Assembly (NCBI GenBank): GCA_963803705.1
Contig: CAWDNU010000001.1
Span: forward strand, 429,836 to 493,835
Source: an uncultured Pseudobdellovibrionaceae bacterium
GTDB lineage: Bacteria > Bdellovibrionota > Bdellovibrionia > Bdellovibrionales > UBA1609
Direction of reading: 5' to 3'
Length of the DNA stretch: 64,000 nucleotides
Position numbers and translations under genes: made by a program. A model generated the notes under the pieces. That model saw only the letters and a list, made by a program, of their open reading frames with translations, was not told the DNA's origin and did no database searches. This document shows positions 18,593 through 29,219 of this stretch, piece by piece. Every line of letters starts with the position of its first letter. Position 1 is the stretch's first letter.

Positions 18593-18994
18593 ATGAAGAA
18601 TGTAGCTTATGTGGTTTTTTTTGATGGCTTCTGCGGGTTGTGTAGTGGAGCAGTTGATTTCTTAATTGCAAGAGACACACAAAAAAAGTTTAAATATAGT
18701 CCTCTTCAGGGTGAGTATATAAAAGCCTTAAATGTAAATATTGATACCAATAACTTAGACACTTTATACGTGTATGATGGTTTCAAAATTTTTGAGAAAA
18801 CCAAAGCCTGGACACTTCTAGCTTACGAGCTTGGTGGATTTTGGAAGTTCTTATCCATTTGCTCAAAGATCGTTCCTGTTTTTATCTTAGACTTTTTTTA
18901 TGATTTAATAGCCAGATATAGATACAAGATTTTTGGGAAGAAAGAAACCTGTCGTTTACCGAGTCCAGAACAACGCGACCTATTTTTAGATTGA
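18593..18994 (+). CDS. DCC1-like thiol-disulfide oxidoreductase (DUF393)
   Basis: N-terminal FFDGFCGLCSGAVDFL motif (FDGxCxxC) typical of the family. Confidence 0.75.
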   Translation: MKNVAYVVFFDGFCGLCSGAVDFLIARDTQKKFKYSPLQGEYIKALNVNIDTNNLDTLYVYDGFKIFEKTKAWTLLAYELGGFWKFLSICSKIVPVFILDFFYDLIARYRYKIFGKKETCRLPSPEQRDLFLD

Positions 18995-19016
18995 CTCAGT
19001 AAACTAAAATTTATTT

Positions 19017-19298
19017 TTAAAGCGCTCTGCAATTGGTTGGCTTAGTAAATGGAAAACGATCTTCACACAAATCTTTAAAGTTAGACTCTGCGGTTCCAGT
19101 CACTTGGCCGTCAATAAACCCAGCAAAGTGTCTACAATTACATACAACACTTTTAAATGAATCCTCTTGGTCGCCTCTACATATAACTAATATACTTTTA
19201 TCTTCTAATCCAGCCATACTTGTTACATATGTGGAATATCTAAAATTAAACACAAGGATTATTACTGAATAGAAAATATAGTTTTTTTTCTGAAACAA
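19017..19298 (-). CDS. hypothetical small Cys-containing protein with N-terminal hydrophobic segment
   Basis: 93-aa ORF; competing antisense ORF 19033-19272; no homology recognised. Confidence 0.3.
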   Translation of the reverse strand: MFQKKNYIFYSVIILVFNFRYSTYVTSMAGLEDKSILVICRGDQEDSFKSVVCNCRHFAGFIDGQVTGTAESNFKDLCEDRFPFTKPTNCRAL

Positions 19299-19345
19299 AT
19301 TATTGGTGCGTTAAATAATTAAGCTCCAATCCTAAATTTATATAA

Positions 19346-20560
19346 TTATCTACTTAAGATTAAATATAAACTAAAAATAGTTAGTAAGCTTGAGATATAA
19401 AAAGGTCCAACGGTAAGTGTGCTGGCGTAGATGCTACCAGCAATAGCTGGGCCAATGATCCGACCTAAAGCGCTTAGTGATTGGGTAACGCCCATAACCT
19501 GGCCCTGGTGGTCTTGGTCCTCGTTTAAACTTATACTTCCCGTTAAGGCTGGAGATAACAAGCCTTGAGCAACACTTAAAATCGTTACTGGAATTATGAA
19601 TAGGACAAGCGTAGGTGCCAAAGGAATAGAGCCTACTCCAAAAGCAAATAGCACTAAAGATGCCTTGATAAGTTTAGCTTCACCATACTTAGGTAGCATT
19701 TTTCTTACCAAAAACCCTTGGGTAAAGACTAAGATTAATCCTATATATGCAAAGCCCATCGAGGCTTGTTCAAGGTTAAGCTCGAACTTGTCTTTAACGT
19801 ATAAAAATAAGCTCACTTCAATTAAAGCCATAGCTAAAGAGTTCAAGCCATAAGTTAAAAGCAAATTTCTTAAATTACTTTTTTTAAAATACTGAAAAAT
19901 AACAAGTATCTTTTTGTGGGCTGGTAAAGGTGTGGTAGTTTTTAGGTTTGGATAAATACCTTTGTTTATAATTTTGGGATTAGTTTCCGGTAAGTAAAAA
20001 ATTGCAAAAACAAAATTCAGAAAACATAAAAAAGCAGCGGCTAGCGCTGCAGTCCACAAACCGAAAGGAGCTTCTAGCGAAATTTTAGCTCCTTGTGAGC
20101 TAATAAAGCCGCCAAAAAAAGGTCCTATTGTAAAGCCCAAACCAAAAGCAGCGCCAATAAGACCCATCCGTTTTGATCTTTCGGACTCTTCGCTAATATC
20201 AGCAACCGATGCCATGGCTGCCGATATATTAGCGGCAAATGTACCTGCAAATAAGCGGGCCATAAACATGGTCCAAAAAGTTGTGCTAAACGCAAATCCT
20301 AGGTGACTAATCGAGGCTCCTAACAGGCTGAGCAAAAGAATAGGTCTTCGCCCATATTTATCACTTAATTGTCCCCAGAAAGGGTTAAAAATAAATTGCA
20401 TTAAAGAGTAGATTGACATCAATATGCCGGCTTTGAAAGCGCTCTCGCCTAAGCTTCTGCCAAGATAGGGAATCAACGGGATTATCATCCCAAAACCAAC
20501 TAAGTCTATAAAAACAGTAAAAAACAGTAGAATTAGAATACGTCTTGGTTTTCGAGTCAT
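19346..20560 (-). CDS. MFS transporter (drug/H+ antiporter-like)
   Basis: 404 aa, ~12 TM segments, GQLSDKYGRRPILL (MFS motif A). Confidence 0.85.
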   Translation of the reverse strand: MTRKPRRILILLFFTVFIDLVGFGMIIPLIPYLGRSLGESAFKAGILMSIYSLMQFIFNPFWGQLSDKYGRRPILLLSLLGASISHLGFAFSTTFWTMFMARLFAGTFAANISAAMASVADISEESERSKRMGLIGAAFGLGFTIGPFFGGFISSQGAKISLEAPFGLWTAALAAAFLCFLNFVFAIFYLPETNPKIINKGIYPNLKTTTPLPAHKKILVIFQYFKKSNLRNLLLTYGLNSLAMALIEVSLFLYVKDKFELNLEQASMGFAYIGLILVFTQGFLVRKMLPKYGEAKLIKASLVLFAFGVGSIPLAPTLVLFIIPVTILSVAQGLLSPALTGSISLNEDQDHQGQVMGVTQSLSALGRIIGPAIAGSIYASTLTVGPFYISSLLTIFSLYLILSR

Positions 20561-20612
20561 GATTTTAATTTACACCTGTTCAATTACAAAATGAATTTAT
20601 ATGATAAATATA

Positions 20613-21671
20613 ATGAAACTTTATATTTTAATTTTTCTAATGCTAGCATTTTATTCATCAAAAGTCTTAGCAGACTTAGCACACAGAAATTTACCATATT
20701 TCAGCCCTCAGAGATTGCAGTTAGGTATTGAGTTTCAAAGCTTTAGTGCTGATTCAAACTTTCTAAGTGACGGCAGTAAAGAGACGCTGCCTGCTGGGTT
20801 TAAATTTTTGACTTATGACATAGTTCTTTCAACAATGTATGACCTAAATGATTTATGGGCTATATCGGCAGACTTAGGTCTTGGATATGCTGAAAGTTTT
20901 GACAATACAGATTTTAGAAATAGCCGCGAAATCAAGGACCTGAAGCTAGGGTTATGGCGCTTATTTGATAAAAAAGAGTACGGAAGATTTACAGTAGACG
21001 GGTTTTATTTATTTAACTTTATTGAGAATAATATATCCAAAGATGAGGTATCCTTAACCGACGGAGTTTCCTGGCTTCAACTTGGAGTCTGGTGGGAGCC
21101 GGATCTAGGTCGCTCACAGGCTAACTACGATAAATATAAAAATCGTTCTGCCAACAAGTATTTAATTCGAACATACTTAGGCTTTAGGACCAGGCCAGGG
21201 TATTCTGATGTCATAATTTATAAAATCCATCCACAGTTTTCATATAAAAAATTTATTTATGGGGCAGAATTAAATGGATTAATCACTGTGATTAAAGAAA
21301 GTGAGGCGGCCCGAATTGATAAAGAAGTGCTAAATGTTGAGTACAATGCATCGGTCTTCAGATACAACGCTTGGAATCCAAACACAGTCGAGGCTATGGC
21401 ATGGGCTGGCTACCAAACCAGCCCCTACAGTCAAATTCGTTTTGGGGCTTCTCAGGTTGTTGGCCTCAAAAATGTAGCAGAGGGTTTTGGCTTCTTTTTT
21501 GAGTGGCAAACGTCTATGACTATTACGCCTTCCGGACTTTTCTTTTCAGATATTTTTGAAAATTCCCAAAAATCGAATCCTAGAAAGAATAATATGGAAA
21601 TTAAGAACTATGGTAAGGATCTTAATGAAGGCACACCAAAAGTTAAACCTTCGAGCCTTCAAGATCTGTGA
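20613..21671 (+). CDS. hypothetical secreted/outer-membrane protein
   Basis: Signal peptide MKLYILIFLMLAFYSSKVLA; aromatic-rich alternating pattern; no family recognised. Confidence 0.5.
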   Translation: MKLYILIFLMLAFYSSKVLADLAHRNLPYFSPQRLQLGIEFQSFSADSNFLSDGSKETLPAGFKFLTYDIVLSTMYDLNDLWAISADLGLGYAESFDNTDFRNSREIKDLKLGLWRLFDKKEYGRFTVDGFYLFNFIENNISKDEVSLTDGVSWLQLGVWWEPDLGRSQANYDKYKNRSANKYLIRTYLGFRTRPGYSDVIIYKIHPQFSYKKFIYGAELNGLITVIKESEAARIDKEVLNVEYNASVFRYNAWNPNTVEAMAWAGYQTSPYSQIRFGASQVVGLKNVAEGFGFFFEWQTSMTITPSGLFFSDIFENSQKSNPRKNNMEIKNYGKDLNEGTPKVKPSSLQDL

Positions 21672-21807
21672 GCCTGACGTCTAAGGCATGAAAATGTCTT
21701 TATTGAGTTTTGCAAGTTCAAGAAGATTAACTAATAAAATTGTTTTAGGCTGATTTTTTGACCGAAGTGTTTTATATCCACTGTACTAGATTAGAAGGGG
21801 AGCAATT

Positions 21808-24513
21808 ATGTTAGAAAGTGTTTCTGAAGTAGATTTTGAAAAACAGTACGATCCTACCCACGTTGAATCCAAAATTTATAAAAAATGGATGGATAAGGGC
21901 TGTTTTCACGCAGAAGACCAGTCCACCAAACCTCCTTTTTCGGTGATTTTACCGCCACCAAATATTACTGGCTTTTTGCATTTAGGGCATGCTTTGGATC
22001 ATACAATCCAGGATGTTTTAGTCAGATGGAAAAGGATGTCTGGTTACAACACTGTCTGGTTACCAGGAATTGATCATGCGGGGATCTCTACTCAAAGTGC
22101 TGTTGAAAAAAATTTAGCTAAAGAATGTTTGTCTAGAATTGAAATGGGCCGAGAAAAATTTGTCGAAAAGGTATGGGACTGGAGACACCAATTTGGAAAT
22201 CGCATTGTTGACCAAATGAAAAGACTTGGAAACTCTTGTGACTGGGATCGTTTAACATTTACGCTTGATGATGGTGTATCTAATGCGGTTCGAAAAGTTT
22301 TTGTAAATCTTTATAAGAAAAAAAGAATTTATAAAGGTATGAAGCTTGTAAATTGGAGCCCAAAACTTGAAACAGCCATTTCTGATATTGAGGTAGAATA
22401 TAAAGAGGTCAAAGGCAAGCTTTACCATTTGGCCTATTCGCTGGAAGATGGTTCTGGAGAGCTTATAGTTGCAACCACCAGACCAGAAACTATGCTAGGT
22501 GACACCGCTGTTGCCGTTCACCCTGATGACAAAAGGTATAAGTCTTGGGTGGGAAAGTCGTTGGTACTACCTTTAACAGGTCGAAAAATTCCTATAATTT
22601 CTGATAGCTATGTTGATCAGGAGTTTGGCTCTGGTGCCGTTAAAATTACACCGGCGCATGATTTCAACGACTATGAGATGGGCTTGCGACACGAGCTTGA
22701 AATGATTAACATTTTGAACTCTGATGGAACTATTGTTGAAGGCTACGGGGACTTATCGGGTTTAAAAGCCCAAGAGGCGCGAAAAAAAATTGTTGAAACA
22801 TTAGAAAAAAACAACGTAATAAAGAATATTGAAAATCACACACATTCGGTGGGTCATTGTAGCAAGACAGGCGCTGTGGCTGAGCCGTTCTTATCAGAGC
22901 AGTGGTTTTTAAAAATGTCAGATTTGGCAATCCCTGCCATTAAAGCCGTAGAAAATGGGACAACAAAGTTTATTCCTGAAAATTGGACGAAAACTTATAT
23001 GCACTGGATGCACAACATAGAAGACTGGTGCATATCCAGGCAGCTTTGGTGGGGACACCAGATACCAGTATGGTATTGTAAAGACTGCGATCAAGTGAAT
23101 GTTTCTGAAAACGATGTAACAAAATGTGAAAAGTGTGGCTCTGACAATATTTTTCAAGATCCAGATGTGCTTGATACTTGGTTTAGCTCTGCCCTATGGC
23201 CTTTTTCGACTTTGGGGTGGCCCGAAGACACTGAAGCTTTAAAAACATTTTATCCTACTAATGTTCTGGTAACCGGCCACGATATTATATTTTTTTGGGT
23301 GGCTAGGATGATGATGCAGGGTTTAGAGTTTCAAAAAGATGTTCCATTTAGAACGGTTTATATTCATGGTTTAGTTCGGGATTCACAAGGACGTAAGCTG
23401 TCTAAGTCTTTAGGCAATTCAACTGATCCTGTCGAGACTATCGATCAAGTAGGGGCGGATGCCTTAAGAATCACTTTAATGTCCCAGCTCAATACAGGTA
23501 AAGACTTAAAGTTTTCCGAGCAACGCTTGGAATCCAATAGAAACTTTATAAACAAAATATGGAATGCAACCCGATTCGCGTTTGGATCCGCAGATTTAAA
23601 ATCTATAGAGCAAAAAGCTTTTTCTGAACTTAGTGCTAAATCCAAGATATCCGTGTTTGACCAATGGATTATATATAAACTTGGAGAAGTTATAAAAAAC
23701 GTAAACGATAATTTGGAAAGTTATAAATTTTCAGAAGCCGTTCAAGACTTGTACTCATTTTTATGGAACGATTTCTGTGACTGGTATTTAGAGTTCTCAA
23801 AACCTAGCCTATATAATAAAGAAGCTAGTTTCGCTAGCGAGCGCGCCGCCACTTCGCTTATTTTATTTCAAACTTTGGGACGGGCTTTGCAGCTGATGCA
23901 TCCCTTCATACCTTTTATTACTGAAGAGCTTTATGAAAAGTTGCCGGTCAAGGATACCGAAATGATCGTGGACTCTGACTTCCCTAATCAAAAAAATAGT
24001 AAAGAATGGTTATCTATGGGAAGCGTAGAAGCTTGGGAAGAGGTTGAGCTTTTAAAAAAAGTAATTACAGCAATAAGAAATATCAGAGGTGAAAACTCTA
24101 TCCCATTAAGCTTAGAAATCGCTGCCTATGTTGTTCCAAAAGACGAGGTTTCACAAAAAATTCTAACTTTTCATTCGGATTTGATACAAAAGTTTTGTAA
24201 ATTATCTAGTATTATCTTTGAAGCCAAAAAGGATCTATCAAAGTGTGCTGTGACACCCGTTCACTTCCAAGGTTCAAGTGTCGATGTGATCATCCCTTTA
24301 GAAGGTATTGTAGACATTGACGAAGAAATAAAACGCTTAAAAAAATCAATCGAAAAAGTAAATAAAGACATATCTATTTTGTCTAAAAAACTGAAAAACG
24401 AAAGTTTTATCAGAAATGCACCCAAGGAATTAGTCGAAACAGATAAAAGCTTGTTAAAAGATGCAGAAATGAAATTTAGGACTCTGCAAGACAGCTTAAA
24501 TCGGTTAAGCTAG
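21808..24513 (+). CDS. valS: valine--tRNA ligase
   Basis: 901 aa; class I HIGH (PPNITGFLHLGHAL) and KMSKS (KLSKSLGN) motifs; C-terminal coiled coil; RBS GGGGAG. Confidence 0.97.
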   Translation: MLESVSEVDFEKQYDPTHVESKIYKKWMDKGCFHAEDQSTKPPFSVILPPPNITGFLHLGHALDHTIQDVLVRWKRMSGYNTVWLPGIDHAGISTQSAVEKNLAKECLSRIEMGREKFVEKVWDWRHQFGNRIVDQMKRLGNSCDWDRLTFTLDDGVSNAVRKVFVNLYKKKRIYKGMKLVNWSPKLETAISDIEVEYKEVKGKLYHLAYSLEDGSGELIVATTRPETMLGDTAVAVHPDDKRYKSWVGKSLVLPLTGRKIPIISDSYVDQEFGSGAVKITPAHDFNDYEMGLRHELEMINILNSDGTIVEGYGDLSGLKAQEARKKIVETLEKNNVIKNIENHTHSVGHCSKTGAVAEPFLSEQWFLKMSDLAIPAIKAVENGTTKFIPENWTKTYMHWMHNIEDWCISRQLWWGHQIPVWYCKDCDQVNVSENDVTKCEKCGSDNIFQDPDVLDTWFSSALWPFSTLGWPEDTEALKTFYPTNVLVTGHDIIFFWVARMMMQGLEFQKDVPFRTVYIHGLVRDSQGRKLSKSLGNSTDPVETIDQVGADALRITLMSQLNTGKDLKFSEQRLESNRNFINKIWNATRFAFGSADLKSIEQKAFSELSAKSKISVFDQWIIYKLGEVIKNVNDNLESYKFSEAVQDLYSFLWNDFCDWYLEFSKPSLYNKEASFASERAATSLILFQTLGRALQLMHPFIPFITEELYEKLPVKDTEMIVDSDFPNQKNSKEWLSMGSVEAWEEVELLKKVITAIRNIRGENSIPLSLEIAAYVVPKDEVSQKILTFHSDLIQKFCKLSSIIFEAKKDLSKCAVTPVHFQGSSVDVIIPLEGIVDIDEEIKRLKKSIEKVNKDISILSKKLKNESFIRNAPKELVETDKSLLKDAEMKFRTLQDSLNRLS

Positions 24514-24518
24514 TAAGA

Positions 24519-26822
24519 ATGAGTTTAAATATATCTAATAAAAATCATGGTTTTATAAAAAGGCACCCGGATGGGTACGCTTTTTTTATTTCAAAAAATG
24601 ATAGTCAAAGTGATGTTTTCATATCAGCTGACGATTTGAATGGAGCTATGTCGAATGACTTGGTTGAAATTCAAATATTTAGCAATTTTAAAGGGGAAAA
24701 GCCCAGAGGGCGTGTTCAAAAAATTATTGAGCACCATTTCACAACTGTTGTTGGTCGCATGGATGCCGACGGAGATCATTATATTTTAAAAGATCTTTCT
24801 TCAGTTTGGGGTGACGATCTGTTAGTGCCAAGTAACCATGTGGGCGTTGCAAAGCCGGGTGAGCTTGTACTGGTTGAAATTCTATCTTATCCGGGTACGA
24901 AGAAAGGTTTTGTCGGAAAAGTTATATCAAGTTTAGGCCAACCAAGTGATCCTGCTGTAGATATTAAGCGGATTGCAATGACCCAAGGTATTCCGATGCA
25001 ATTCCAAAATGCATCTTTGGTAGATGTCGATAAATTTGGAACTGACATACCACAAAGTGAAATAAAGAAAAGAAAAGACTTAAGATCCTTAGAGCTAGTT
25101 ACTATAGACGGAGCGACTGCAAAGGATTTTGATGATGCTGTGTTCGTTGAAAAAAAAGGTAGCAACTTTCGTCTTATTGTAGCAATTGCTGATGTTAGTT
25201 TCTATGTCCAAGAGGGAATGAGCGTAAATACAGAAGCTTATGAACGTGGCACCAGCACTTATTTTCCTAATTTTGTTATTCCTATGCTTCCAGAAGGTTT
25301 ATCAAATGAACTTTGTTCTTTGAAACCAGATGTTGATCGATTGGCAATGGTTGCAGATATGGTCATAGATTCTTCAGGTCGTTTTTTAAATTATGAATTT
25401 TACGAGGCCGTCATAAAGAGCCATGCACGGCTGACTTACGGTGATGTTCAAAGAGTTCTTGATGGCTCAGATGTACCTGAATTAAAACATTTAGAGGATC
25501 GCTTAAAGCTTTCTGAGACCCTAGCAAACATTCTAAAAAAGAAGCGATTTGATGAAGGGTCATTGGATCTAGATATCCCCGAGGTGCTTGTCGAGGTGGA
25601 TGATCAAGGACAAGCCGTTGATATTCATCTGTCTGAACGAATTTTTGCTCATCGTTTGATTGAAGAATTTATGCTGAAAGCCAATATCGCTGTAGCTGAG
25701 TTTATCGATAAAAAAGGAAAAGCTCAGCTTTACAGAGTACATGAAGAACCAGATATTTTAGCCTTAGATACTTTTATGAGATTTTTTAATCAATTTACAA
25801 ATTTTAAGCACCAATCACCTGACCCAAGTGAAATCTGCGCAGTGTTATCTAGCATTGAAGGCAAAGAAAAAAATATTCTACAGACACTTTTTCTAAGGTC
25901 GATGAGACAAGCAAAATACAGCCCAGAAGACATTGGTCATTTCGGTTTAGCTTTTTCTCATTATGCCCATTTTACTTCACCAATTAGACGCTACCCTGAT
26001 CTGATCACACACCGTATTTTAAAAAGCATAGTGAAGGGAACTGGTGCAGTGTCTTATACCGAATCTGAATTGACTGAAAAATCTGAATACTTAAGTCAAT
26101 GTGAACAGCGCTCTGTTAAAGCCGAAAGAAAAGTTAAGTCTATAAAAAAAGCGCGCTTCGCGGAAAAACTGTTAGGTAGCGAATTTGAAGGTTCGATCAC
26201 ATCAGTTGCTCGCTTTGGAATTTTTATCACCCTAGATCAGTATCCACTTGAAGGTATGGTTAGAATCGGTGATCTGGGCTCGGATTACTTTGTCTTTAAT
26301 GAAGAGCAAATTAGTTTAGTTGGGCAGCGCTCGGGTAAGCAGTTTAAATTAGGAGACCGGGTTAAAGTAACATTGGCCCAAGTTAATATTGAAGATGGTT
26401 TTATTGACCTGACTCTTGAAGAACACCAGGGGCGTGCACAATCAAAAGCTATTTCTTCATGGCTGAGTAAAGATGGGGCCAAAAAGAAGAATCCTAAATT
26501 TAAAGGTAAAAGGTCTAGATCAAAGTTCAGTCGAAAGTCTACAGCAAAGTCATCGGATCGCTCTGAAAAGAAAGTCCCCGAGCACCACAAAAAAAGATTT
26601 TTAAATAAACTAGATTCCGAAAGCGAACAGAAAGGCTCGGCTGGCTCTAAGGAAAGATCTGCTAATAAGTTTGCGAAAAAATCAGGATCAAACAGTAGCT
26701 CTAAAAACAATTCTAACAAAGAAGATGAAAGTAGATCTAAAAAAAGCGGTGGCAAAGTTAAAGCTAGTGATCTATTTAGTTCGTCTCATCGACGAATTGG
26801 CTTCGGAAAAAATAAAAAATAA
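24519..26822 (+). CDS. rnr: ribonuclease R
   Basis: RNB domain motifs (TIDGATAKDFDDAV, HFGLAFSHYAHFTSPIRRYPD), S1 domain, lysine/serine-rich C-terminal tail. Confidence 0.93.
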   Translation: MSLNISNKNHGFIKRHPDGYAFFISKNDSQSDVFISADDLNGAMSNDLVEIQIFSNFKGEKPRGRVQKIIEHHFTTVVGRMDADGDHYILKDLSSVWGDDLLVPSNHVGVAKPGELVLVEILSYPGTKKGFVGKVISSLGQPSDPAVDIKRIAMTQGIPMQFQNASLVDVDKFGTDIPQSEIKKRKDLRSLELVTIDGATAKDFDDAVFVEKKGSNFRLIVAIADVSFYVQEGMSVNTEAYERGTSTYFPNFVIPMLPEGLSNELCSLKPDVDRLAMVADMVIDSSGRFLNYEFYEAVIKSHARLTYGDVQRVLDGSDVPELKHLEDRLKLSETLANILKKKRFDEGSLDLDIPEVLVEVDDQGQAVDIHLSERIFAHRLIEEFMLKANIAVAEFIDKKGKAQLYRVHEEPDILALDTFMRFFNQFTNFKHQSPDPSEICAVLSSIEGKEKNILQTLFLRSMRQAKYSPEDIGHFGLAFSHYAHFTSPIRRYPDLITHRILKSIVKGTGAVSYTESELTEKSEYLSQCEQRSVKAERKVKSIKKARFAEKLLGSEFEGSITSVARFGIFITLDQYPLEGMVRIGDLGSDYFVFNEEQISLVGQRSGKQFKLGDRVKVTLAQVNIEDGFIDLTLEEHQGRAQSKAISSWLSKDGAKKKNPKFKGKRSRSKFSRKSTAKSSDRSEKKVPEHHKKRFLNKLDSESEQKGSAGSKERSANKFAKKSGSNSSSKNNSNKEDESRSKKSGGKVKASDLFSSSHRRIGFGKNKK

Positions 26823-26833
26823 CTTCGACAACT

Positions 26834-28114
26834 TTATTTTATTAGATTAGACGCAAAGTCCTTTTGCTCTGGAGACACATAGATACGTTCGATCATTCTT
26901 ATCTTTTCGTAACGGCTGAAGATTTCAGTGGTGTCTTGAATTTTAGTGGGAGCAATAGATTTATCATATTGTTCCAGTACATAAATATTGTAAGCCAAAT
27001 CCTGATTTGTAGCGCCGTGATACTTACTTAGGCGGGCTTCAGAGCTTACGTAGATTAAATCAACGTCTTTGCTCTTCAGCGTTTTTTTAATTTGTTCTAT
27101 TTTTTCACTACCATCGTCGGAATGAGTTTCATATAGCACTTTATAGGGCTCACGATTAGCGATTCGTTTAGCCCATATACTTTTATTTTGCGCTTCATTT
27201 AAATGTTCATACAAAGAATAATCAGTGCATTTTATATATTTGTCCAAAATAGCAGGAAGTTTAAAGGTGCAATCTGGCGAATCTAAATACCTAGTTAACA
27301 TTTCTTCGTAAATAATAGCTTTGTGGTGAAAATAGACCATCAGGTGCATATGGTGTCGGGATAATAAAAAATCATCAAATGTATAAAGAGCCCTACGATT
27401 TATTGCAAGATGCAATTTATCTTTAACCTGAGTGTAGGTCAGATTTGCAATCAACCATGAAAGCTCAATATTTCCATAGTTTGTGCCGCAGAAATAAGCG
27501 TCTCTTAGCAAATAGTCCATACGATCTACGTCTAATTCAGAACTGACAAGTTGACTTAGAATCGGTCTGAAATCAACACCATCAATCACGAAGAAATCAT
27601 CGCCGGCTATGATTTCTGAATCCACGAGTGCAGCTACATGTTCAGGTTCAAATTCTCCGTAGGCTTTTATAATATTGGCAATTTCTGATTCAGTGACAAA
27701 AGCAATTGTGTAATCTTCATGATTAGCTTTTCTATCCTGATTGCGTTTTTGTAAATTAAAAATTTTAATATTCAACTCTGATAACTGCGGCATTACAACT
27801 TCAGTGGTGTGACTAAGCGGACCATGGCCAATATCGTGCAGTAAAGCAGCAAGCTTCACGCACTGTCGAAGACTATCTTTTGTTTTAAAATCCTTAAATG
27901 GATAGTTTCTGAATATTGTGTCAAAAGCGACTCCGGCCAAATGGCTAACCCCTACAGAATGTAGAAATCGATTATGAGTGGCCCCTGGAAAACTAAATTC
28001 AGCAAACCCTAATTGCTTGATGGCTCTTAGACGTTGATATTCTAGGGAATCACAAACTTTAACCTCGATGGGTGTTAGTGCAATTGAGCCATGAATCGGA
28101 TCACGAATTTCCAT
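26834..28114 (-). CDS. HD-domain phosphohydrolase (dNTP triphosphohydrolase-like, COG1078)
   Basis: RFLHSVGVSH and LLHDIGHGPLSH HD motifs; DVDRMDYLLRD block. Confidence 0.85.
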   Translation of the reverse strand: MEIRDPIHGSIALTPIEVKVCDSLEYQRLRAIKQLGFAEFSFPGATHNRFLHSVGVSHLAGVAFDTIFRNYPFKDFKTKDSLRQCVKLAALLHDIGHGPLSHTTEVVMPQLSELNIKIFNLQKRNQDRKANHEDYTIAFVTESEIANIIKAYGEFEPEHVAALVDSEIIAGDDFFVIDGVDFRPILSQLVSSELDVDRMDYLLRDAYFCGTNYGNIELSWLIANLTYTQVKDKLHLAINRRALYTFDDFLLSRHHMHLMVYFHHKAIIYEEMLTRYLDSPDCTFKLPAILDKYIKCTDYSLYEHLNEAQNKSIWAKRIANREPYKVLYETHSDDGSEKIEQIKKTLKSKDVDLIYVSSEARLSKYHGATNQDLAYNIYVLEQYDKSIAPTKIQDTTEIFSRYEKIRMIERIYVSPEQKDFASNLIK

Positions 28115-28223
28115 AGCCTAAGTTTTAGGAAGCGCAGCCCCAAAGGTCAATCTTTAGGCTTTGCATTGCACTGCAAGGCACCTTTTAGGCCAATTTAAGA
28201 AACATTGTTAAATGAATTCCAGG

Positions 28224-28362
28224 AAATATTTGTCTTAATTTATATTCAATGTCAGCATGAAAAGTGAGTTCGGATTGGGACCTTTGGTGTTAGCTAAAAA
28301 AGACCAGCCGTATGTTCGAGCCTTTTCATGCTGACATTGAATATAAATTAAGACAAATATTT
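28224..28362. repeat. long hairpin element: 41-bp perfect inverted arms around a 57-nt spacer
   Basis: aaatatttgtcttaatttatattcaatgtcagcatgaaaag at 28224-28264 is the exact reverse complement of 28322-28362. The spacer ends (tgagttcgg ... gttcgagc) resemble, in reverse orientation, the core ends of the elements at 37301 and 49587. Confidence 0.85.
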
Positions 28363-28407
28363 GCTACAAACTGTTTTAATAACAAGTTTAAAAAATGGAG
28401 ATTTTAT

Positions 28408-29202
28408 ATGAAGTCATATTTAGATCTTATGGAAAAAGTTTATGTCCAAGGGTTGGATCGAAAAGATAGAACCGGCACTGGCACGCGCAGCCTTTTTGGT
28501 CATCAACTTCGTTATGATCTTAAGGAAGGCTTTCCGCTAGTAACGACTAAAAAGGTACATTTGAAGTCGATTATTTATGAGCTTCTTTGGTTCTTAAAAG
28601 GTGACACTAATGTTAAGTATCTTCAAGAAAATGGGGTTCGCATCTGGAATGACTGGGCTGACCAAACCGGAGATCTTGGCCGGGTTTACGGAGCCCAGTG
28701 GCGATCATGGCAAGGACCAAACGGCAAAGTAGTAGATCAAATTACTAATGTAATTGAGTCTATTAAAACTAATCCATCTTCTAGAAGACACTTAGTGGTT
28801 GCTTTTAATCCTGGCGAGATTGACCAAATGGCACTTCCTCCGTGTCATGCGTTTTTCCAGTTCTATGTTGGTGATGGAACCCTTAGTTGTCAGCTTTATC
28901 AAAGAAGTGCTGATATTTTTTTAGGAGTTCCATTTAATATTGCAAGTTATGCCTTACTTACTCTGATGATGGCACAGGTCTGTGATTTAACCCCGGGTGA
29001 CTTTGTTCACACATTTGGAGACGCACATATTTACCACAATCATTTTGATCAGGTTAAAACTCAACTTCAAAGACAGCCTAAGCCACTACCTAGAATGATC
29101 TTAAATCAGTCAGTAAAAGATCTGTTTGAGTTTGATTTTAATGATTTCACCTTGTTGGATTACAAGCCAGATCCAGCAATAAAAGCTTCAGTGTCTATAT
29201 AG
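28408..29202 (+). CDS. thyA: thymidylate synthase
   Basis: [20 protein letters not shown].., [11 protein letters not shown] active-site Cys. Start moved from 28312 because the extension is encoded by the hairpin arm. Confidence 0.95.
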   Translation: MKSYLDLMEKVYVQGLDRKDRTGTGTRSLFGHQLRYDLKEGFPLVTTKKVHLKSIIYELLWFLKGDTNVKYLQENGVRIWNDWADQTGDLGRVYGAQWRSWQGPNGKVVDQITNVIESIKTNPSSRRHLVVAFNPGEIDQMALPPCHAFFQFYVGDGTLSCQLYQRSADIFLGVPFNIASYALLTLMMAQVCDLTPGDFVHTFGDAHIYHNHFDQVKTQLQRQPKPLPRMILNQSVKDLFEFDFNDFTLLDYKPDPAIKASVSI

Positions 29203-29219
29203 GTCGACGGGAATATATA

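Noticed and set aside
28312-28407. N-terminal 32-codon extension of thyA given by the ORF track
   Set aside because: The extension is encoded by the right arm of the 41-bp palindrome. The canonical ThyA N-terminus ([11 protein letters not shown]) starts at 28408.
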